From contig JBGATI010000001.1 of assembly GCA_044229245.1 (NCBI GenBank), positions 130,346 through 194,345 on the forward strand: 64,000 nt of DNA. The letters are read 5' to 3'. The notes under the pieces are model-generated. The model did no database searches. It saw only the letters and a list, made by a program, of their open reading frames with translations, and had not been told where the DNA came from. Source of the DNA: Gemmatimonadales bacterium (GTDB lineage: Bacteria; Gemmatimonadota; Gemmatimonadetes; Gemmatimonadales; GWC2-71-9). The position numbers and the translations under genes were made by a program. This document shows positions 59,261-64,000 of this stretch, in pieces (the stretch's first letter is position 1; the number at the start of each line of letters is the position of its first letter).

Positions 59261-59940
59261 GATCTCACGGCGGGAACCGGGAGCAGGACCTTGCCGTGCC
59301 ACGGGCTCTCTTCGCTTCCAATGACGAGGGTGTTGATCCAGTCCGCATCCTCCACCAGCAGGTTGGCCGGTGTGGTCGCGACAGGCAGATCGAACAGGAG
59401 CGTCGTGGTGTAGGAGTCCCCCGGGCGGAGTTCCTGGGAGAGCGGGACCGAGTGCACGCCATGATCCCTGAACCAGCCGTCAATTCCCGCCATCGGGTCG
59501 TAGGCCTCGCCGCGTGCGTCCCGGAGCTCCACCCGTCGGGGCGAGGGCCAGAGCGGCGCCTCCTTCCCCCGCCGCGGCGAGATCGTGATCTCATCGAACC
59601 GCGTGCGCAGCTCGACCGCCCACACCCGCCCCGATGCCCCCGGGACCTGCTCGGCGGGCCAGATCGCCACCACGCGGTAGGCGAGATGACAGTCGATCTC
59701 GCAGAAGTACTTCTCCTCCTCGGCGCCCTTCACGGTGTCGCGGCTCAGAAGCCCCGCTCCAAGCCATAGGGCGCCATAGATGCCGGCGAGCAGTGCCATC
59801 GCTCCGCTCGCGCGCTTCACGAGATGTCCGTTGCCACGAAGTGTGCTCCACACGGTCACCAGAATCAGGAGCACAAGCAGCAACACCGTACCAATCAGTC
59901 CGAGCGTGCCCAGGATGACGGCCAACTGGTTCGACACCAT
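59257..59940 (-). CDS. Hypothetical membrane-anchored protein
   Basis: 227 aa from ATG 59940 (AGGAGG Shine-Dalgarno sequence). Two N-terminal TM helices followed by a soluble domain. I recognise no family. Confidence 0.6.
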   Translation of the reverse strand: MVSNQLAVILGTLGLIGTVLLLVLLILVTVWSTLRGNGHLVKRASGAMALLAGIYGALWLGAGLLSRDTVKGAEEEKYFCEIDCHLAYRVVAIWPAEQVPGASGRVWAVELRTRFDEITISPRRGKEAPLWPSPRRVELRDARGEAYDPMAGIDGWFRDHGVHSVPLSQELRPGDSYTTTLLFDLPVATTPANLLVEDADWINTLVIGSEESPWHGKVLLPVPAVRS

Positions 59941-59968
59941 CGGAACCTCCTGAGGGGCAGGAGCGGAT

Positions 59969-61429
59969 TCAATCGAGCCGCGCGACCAGCGCACCCGCCA
60001 CGGCCCGGCCGAAGTGCCAGGCACGCCAGTTGGACTCCACGGAGGCCTCCCGCCGCCGAAGCGCGAGCTTGACCTCCTCCTGCTGGGCGGCCGGCATCCG
60101 GCGCATCTCGTGGATCAGCGCCGGTGTCGCATCGCTCGTGAGCCGCGTCAGGTAGGCAGCGTCGAGCGGCTTTCCCGCCTCGGCCCGCGCGATGTTCGTC
60201 TCCACGATGACGCGTTCGGGGTTGATGGCATGCAGCAGAACCAGCCAGCCCGCCCAGGCGACCACGGCACCACCGACGAACCGATCGGCCCGGCCGCGAA
60301 GCACCGTCCCGGCGAACCAGCAGAACGTCACCGCGAGCCCGCCCATGAAGCCCGAGGCGAAGAAGCGGTCCTCCGTGAGACCGAACTCGCGCTGGTAGAG
60401 CGCCATCCGATGGATGGCGGACGCCATCATGGTCAGCACCAGGACGACCTGCCATGCCGCGAGAGAATGGAAGAGCCGGAGTCCGCCGCCCTCTCCCGGG
60501 CGCAGCCGGGCATGCAGGATGAGCAGCAGCGGCAGCACCAGTGCGGACACGACGACGAGTTCGAAGAATCCCTGCCGGGCATATTCGGCGAGGGTGATTC
60601 CGGCCGTCCGTTCCACCCAGGCCGAGCCGCCGAACAGATACGGCAGCTGAAAGGCGATGAAGCCGGCGAACAGCAGGTTGAGCAAGCCCAGCAGCATGCC
60701 AATCTCCACTCGGCCGAGGCCACCGGGCGGAAGCGCCGGCTCGTGCTCCACGGCCGCGCGTTCCCCCGCCAGCGCTCCTCCGAGAGCCGCGGCCGCCAGC
60801 CAGCTCGCGGCGAGAATCGCGAGTGAGTGTCCAACCAGGCGATCGAGATCGACCCGGACCAGTCCTTCCAGGAAGTCTCCATAGACCCGGTCGGCATGCC
60901 CCAGCAGCCCCCCGAACAGGAGGAGAGCCGGAATCGTCAGAACGGTGCCGCGGAGCACCGACGCCATCGTCGGGCCGACTCCGGAGCCCCGTTCCCGCGA
61001 GGAGCGACTCGCATCGAAGACGACGGGGATCAGGCCCAGCAGCGTGCGGCGAATCAGCCGGAGCACGCCCATCGCAAGACGCACGACCGACAGATTCCAG
61101 AATGCGGCCGCCCCATCCGGCGCGGCGACCAGCGGCAGCAGCGCAGCCAGTGCGACGAGCGCGGCCCCGTTGAGCAATCGCAGCGATTCGTTCTCACGCC
61201 ACATCGTCGCCAGCCCGAGCCCGAGAATCCCGAGCAGGACGACCCGCTCCGCGATGCCCGGCGACTCACCGTCGCGGATCCGCTGGGTCCACCATGCCAG
61301 CACGGCGGCGGCAAGCCAGAGCGCAACGTTGAGCCCGACGTCATCGGCCCGGAAGAGGATGTCGGCGAGCACACCCATCGTCAGCGCCGGCCAGAGGAGC
61401 CTCCCGATCCCTCCACGAGGCGCCGTCAT
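59969..61429 (-). CDS. Polytopic membrane protein (DUF4153/DUF4173-like, from memory)
   Basis: 486 aa with about 10 or more hydrophobic helices and a soluble C-terminal tail. 4-nt overlap with the uppS stop. Confidence 0.7.
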   Translation of the reverse strand: MTAPRGGIGRLLWPALTMGVLADILFRADDVGLNVALWLAAAVLAWWTQRIRDGESPGIAERVVLLGILGLGLATMWRENESLRLLNGAALVALAALLPLVAAPDGAAAFWNLSVVRLAMGVLRLIRRTLLGLIPVVFDASRSSRERGSGVGPTMASVLRGTVLTIPALLLFGGLLGHADRVYGDFLEGLVRVDLDRLVGHSLAILAASWLAAAALGGALAGERAAVEHEPALPPGGLGRVEIGMLLGLLNLLFAGFIAFQLPYLFGGSAWVERTAGITLAEYARQGFFELVVVSALVLPLLLILHARLRPGEGGGLRLFHSLAAWQVVLVLTMMASAIHRMALYQREFGLTEDRFFASGFMGGLAVTFCWFAGTVLRGRADRFVGGAVVAWAGWLVLLHAINPERVIVETNIARAEAGKPLDAAYLTRLTSDATPALIHEMRRMPAAQQEEVKLALRRREASVESNWRAWHFGRAVAGALVARLD

Positions 61430-62139
61430 GCTCCCCTCCCTTCCGCAACCTGCCCGAAACGGCGATCGCGCCGGTGGAACTCTGTCAGGGCCGCTTCCAG
61501 GTCTCCGGGACCGAAAGCAGGCCAGGGCTTCTCCATGAAGACGAGTTCCGCGTAGGCGGCCTCCCAGAGCAGAAAGTCGCTGAGGCGCCGTTCTCCTCCG
61601 GTACGGATGAGGAGGTCGAGATCGGGCGCCCCCCCGAGGGCGGACTGAAAACGGGTCCGACTGATTCCCGCCGGTCCTCGGGCGCGCCCCGTCGTGGTCG
61701 GCGTCACCTCCGCCGCGGCGCGCAGAATTTCGTCGCGAGCCGAGTAATCGATCGCAAGGCGCAGCCAGAGGCGACTGCCACTGCGGGTCGCCCGCTCGGC
61801 GGCGGCAAGCGCGCCACGCAAGGCGAGGGGAAGCCGATCACGCCGGCCGATCGCAGTGAGCCGCACTCCAGCCTCGCGGCAGCGCACGGTCTCCTCACGC
61901 AGGTAGCGGATGAAGAGCGCCAGCAGCGCCGACACCTCCGTCTGGGGCCTTCGCCAGTTATCCGACGAGAAGGCGTAGAGGGTCAGGGCCGAGATGCCGA
62001 GTGCCGGCGCCGATCGGACGACCTCGCGCACGACCTCCGCACCGGCGACGTGGCCCTCGCTGCGGGGCCGGCCCTGGCGCTCGGCCCAGCGCCCGTTGCC
62101 GTCCATGATGATACCGACGTGAAGTGAAGTACTTTGCAT
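61426..62139 (-). CDS. uppS: Isoprenyl transferase (undecaprenyl-diphosphate synthase)
   Basis: 237 aa from ATG 62139. [52 protein letters not shown]. The ORF-track start at 62340 adds an Arg/Ser-rich artefact. Confidence 0.92.
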   Translation of the reverse strand: MQSTSLHVGIIMDGNGRWAERQGRPRSEGHVAGAEVVREVVRSAPALGISALTLYAFSSDNWRRPQTEVSALLALFIRYLREETVRCREAGVRLTAIGRRDRLPLALRGALAAAERATRSGSRLWLRLAIDYSARDEILRAAAEVTPTTTGRARGPAGISRTRFQSALGGAPDLDLLIRTGGERRLSDFLLWEAAYAELVFMEKPWPAFGPGDLEAALTEFHRRDRRFGQVAEGRGA

Positions 62140-62149
62140 TGTAAAGCAC
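62129..62149. promoter_or_regulatory. 21-bp AT-rich imperfect palindrome GTACTTT-N7-AAAGCAC spanning the uppS start codon (copy A)
   Basis: GTACTTTGCATTGTAAAGCAC. The flanking GTGAA matches the GTCAA of copy B. The uppS ATG is the central CAT on the plus strand. Confidence 0.45.
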
Positions 62150-62216
62150 GACCTCCAAAGAGAGGGCGATCCAGAGGATCGCCCGTCGCGGCGCGAGGCG
62201 CCGTCGCGTGAACGGC

Positions 62217-62591
62217 TCAGCCCCGCGTGACGCGGATGAGAGCTTCCATGTGATCGAGATAGCGCTCGAACGCCTTCCGGCCGGCCGGGGTGAGACGGAA
62301 CTCGGTCCTGGGGACCCGGCCTTCGAATGACTTGATGCACGTGACGTAGCCCGCGTCCTCCAGCTTTCGCGCATGGACGCTCAGGTTGCCGTCGCTGGTA
62401 TCAAGCAGCGCCTTGAGCTCGTTGAAGGTGAGCTCCTCGTTGACCGCCAGCGCGCTGACGATCGCGAGACGCAGCCGCTCATGGATGACCCGATCGAAAT
62501 CGGGTGCGATCGACGATCGCCCGCCGGCCACCCCCTTGAGCCCGGGCCCCCGGGACTCGCCGCCGGCGCGGGCCGCATTCGACTTAGCCAC
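62217..62591 (-). CDS. Winged-helix (ArsR/MarR-like) transcriptional regulator
   Basis: 124 aa. [48 protein letters not shown]...[11 protein letters not shown]. Confidence 0.8.
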   Translation of the reverse strand: MAKSNAARAGGESRGPGLKGVAGGRSSIAPDFDRVIHERLRLAIVSALAVNEELTFNELKALLDTSDGNLSVHARKLEDAGYVTCIKSFEGRVPRTEFRLTPAGRKAFERYLDHMEALIRVTRG

Positions 62592-63195
62592 CGTACCTCC
62601 TTGCGATCCATGCCCCGAACCCCATGTGCAGCAGGCCGAAGCCTGCGGCCATGAGCGGGTCTCCCCACGATGCCGGCACGAACAGCGCCAGCGTGCCCAG
62701 CACGATGAAACAGGCGCCCATCACCGGCACGATCGGTACCGACAGTGCACCACCGGTCATCACACCGGCACCGTAGAGCAGGAGCCAGACCGCCGGCAGC
62801 ATGCTGGTGAGCCCCGCCCGGTAGAGGGCCAGGGTCAGGAGCCCCCCCACGAGAATCGGCGGGGAATACGCGAGCGCGAAGCGCCGACCCGGGCGCGACG
62901 TCAGCGGTGTGTCTCCCGCGCTCGCCTTGCGCACCATCGCCATGCCGCCGATCGCGAAGGCGAGCCACCCTTCCGCGAGCCAGGTCAGAAGCCACCGCTC
63001 GACCGTCGGCTGCTGGTGCGCGACCCAAGCCGCGAGGAGAGCCGTCACGCCCATGCCGACCCCGCCCCACCCCGGGACCCCCGTGAAGGCGCCGGCGCGT
63101 TCCATGGTGTCCCGGATGAACCGGAGATTCTCGATCGCGCGGTCCTGCAGCGGGAACTCTTCCGCGGGCGGACGCTGGGGACGTGGAGCAGGCAT
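62584..63195 (-). CDS. Hypothetical 5-6 TM membrane protein, co-operonic with the wHTH regulator
   Basis: 203 aa from ATG 63195 (the ORF-track start at 63252 lies inside the palindromic motif). 8-nt overlap with the regulator's start. Confidence 0.65.
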   Translation of the reverse strand: MPAPRPQRPPAEEFPLQDRAIENLRFIRDTMERAGAFTGVPGWGGVGMGVTALLAAWVAHQQPTVERWLLTWLAEGWLAFAIGGMAMVRKASAGDTPLTSRPGRRFALAYSPPILVGGLLTLALYRAGLTSMLPAVWLLLYGAGVMTGGALSVPIVPVMGACFIVLGTLALFVPASWGDPLMAAGFGLLHMGFGAWIARRYGG

Positions 63196-63231
63196 GGGAG
63201 ACACTATACGACCGGGACACGCGTTCGTCAA

Positions 63232-63252
63232 GTACTTTATGTCACAAAGCAC
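63232..63252. promoter_or_regulatory. 21-bp AT-rich imperfect palindrome GTACTTT-N7-AAAGCAC upstream of the membrane protein/wHTH operon (copy B)
   Basis: GTACTTTATGTCACAAAGCAC, 37-57 nt upstream of ATG 63195. Confidence 0.45.
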
Positions 63253-63337
63253 AATCTTCCCATAGGGGCACTGAAAAGGGATCCCCCCTGCTCTCTGGAG
63301 AGGATCCCTGGTCAGCCGGGAGCGATTCGCGCCGAAC

Positions 63338-64000
63338 CTACTGGATCGTCACGCTCTGGGTCGAACTCGGGATAACCCTGAATCCGGGAATCGTCACGCT
63401 GACTGCCGTCTGCCCCGGTGCCAGCGGATCGAACTCGATGCCGCCCGAGGCGACGCCATTGGGAGACCGCGCCGAGCCAATCGGGATCACGGTCTGCACG
63501 GTGAGTCCGCTCCCGAGCGAGTTCACCAGTAGGCCGGCCGTCGAGTTGGTCGTGCTCACCGTCGCCGTTGCTGCGCTGCCGCCGAAGCGGATCGCCTGCT
63601 CCTGCGAAATGCTGTTCCCGAGCGCGTCCGGCGTGCCGGTGCGGACCTGGAAGGCAACGTTGGCAGCCGTGGAAGCAATGGTCGTCGGAAGGAAGATGAT
63701 ATCGACGGACGGCTGCACGACGGTTTCCGTTGCCACACCGTTCGTATATCCAGGCGCGGAGATGGTCACCGACGCCGAACCGGTGACACCCTCCAATCCC
63801 TGCACCACGAAGCTGACGCCGGTGTTGCCGTTGGCCAGTGGGACATCGATGAACGCGGACCCCGCGGTCGTCGCATTCGGTGCGATCAGGAAGAGCGACG
63901 GATCGTTGCTCGCCACCCGCACCGTGGTCCCGCCGTGGTTGGAGGCACCCAGCGAGGCGAAGCTCCCGATCTGCAATCCGGCGCCGACCGTGACACTCGA
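63338..64000 (-). CDS. Secreted/cell-surface repeat protein, C-terminal part (5' end beyond the window)
   Basis: The frame stays open to position 64000. The track's M at 63976 is a TTG. The sequence is Thr/Ser/Gly/Val-rich and looks like a beta-sandwich. I recognise no family. Confidence 0.5.
   Translation of the reverse strand, partial: SSVTVGAGLQIGSFASLGASNHGGTTVRVASNDPSLFLIAPNATTAGSAFIDVPLANGNTGVSFVVQGLEGVTGSASVTISAPGYTNGVATETVVQPSVDIIFLPTTIASTAANVAFQVRTGTPDALGNSISQEQAIRFGGSAATATVSTTNSTAGLLVNSLGSGLTVQTVIPIGSARSPNGVASGGIEFDPLAPGQTAVSVTIPGFRVIPSSTQSVTIQ

Noticed and set aside
59023-59262. Plus-strand ORFs 58881..59213 and 59023..59262 in the padR upstream region
   Set aside because: They are short, Arg-rich, without Shine-Dalgarno sequences, and overlap the candidate promoter and small minus-strand genes. 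There is no supporting evidence.

Overview
Visibly very GC-rich bacterial chromosomal window (GC not computed). I recognised no rRNA, tRNA, CRISPR array or mobile element.

**Positions 1-41.8 kb: one large flagellar/motility locus.**
- A minus-strand gene run, almost entirely linked by overlapping stop/start codons: flgB-flgC-orf88-fliE-fliF-fliG-fliH-fliI-fliJ-(MgtE_N-like)-fliK-flgD-flgE, a terminator, then fliL-fliM-fliN-fliO/P-fliQ-fliR-flhB-flhA-flhF. The order is the same as the Bacillus fla/che operon.
- Upstream of this run lie a sigma54 enhancer-binding response regulator and two sigma54-type -24/-12 promoters.
- The late genes follow: flgL-fliW-GT4 on the plus strand, then a minus-strand operon (TPR-glycosyltransferase, dual methyltransferase, TPR-glycosyltransferase). 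After that come fliC-fliD-orf-fliS-flgN-like, two FlgM-like genes, and cheY, a cheZ-like gene, a hybrid kinase, a His-less hybrid kinase and a response regulator.
- Five sigma28-type promoters (T[AC]AA-N15/16-G[AC]CGA[TA]A) precede the late genes.

**Positions 41.8-64 kb: ordinary and accessory genes.**
- RidA, PhzF and a secreted HExxH protein.
- Two tandem RCC1-repeat/Big_2 lipoproteins.
- DppA, a TolB-like amidohydrolase and a metallopeptidase.
- A metallophosphoesterase and a PadR plus duplicated FtsX permease pair.
- Membrane proteins, uppS and a wHTH regulator operon.

**Most interesting observations:**
- The flagellin-modification island between fliW and fliC.
- The non-CheA phosphorelay downstream of flgM, whose second kinase has Asn in place of the phospho-accepting His.
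- A fliO-fliP fusion ORF.
- fliW without csrA.
- Tandem FlgM-like genes.
- A repeated 21-bp AT-rich palindromic motif at uppS and at the wHTH operon.

Many long ORFs in the supplied track are GC-driven antisense or out-of-frame artefacts and were rejected. The phylum (Gemmatimonadota/Acidobacteriota-like, suggested by the PadR plus duplicated-permease pair and the GC content) is inference only.
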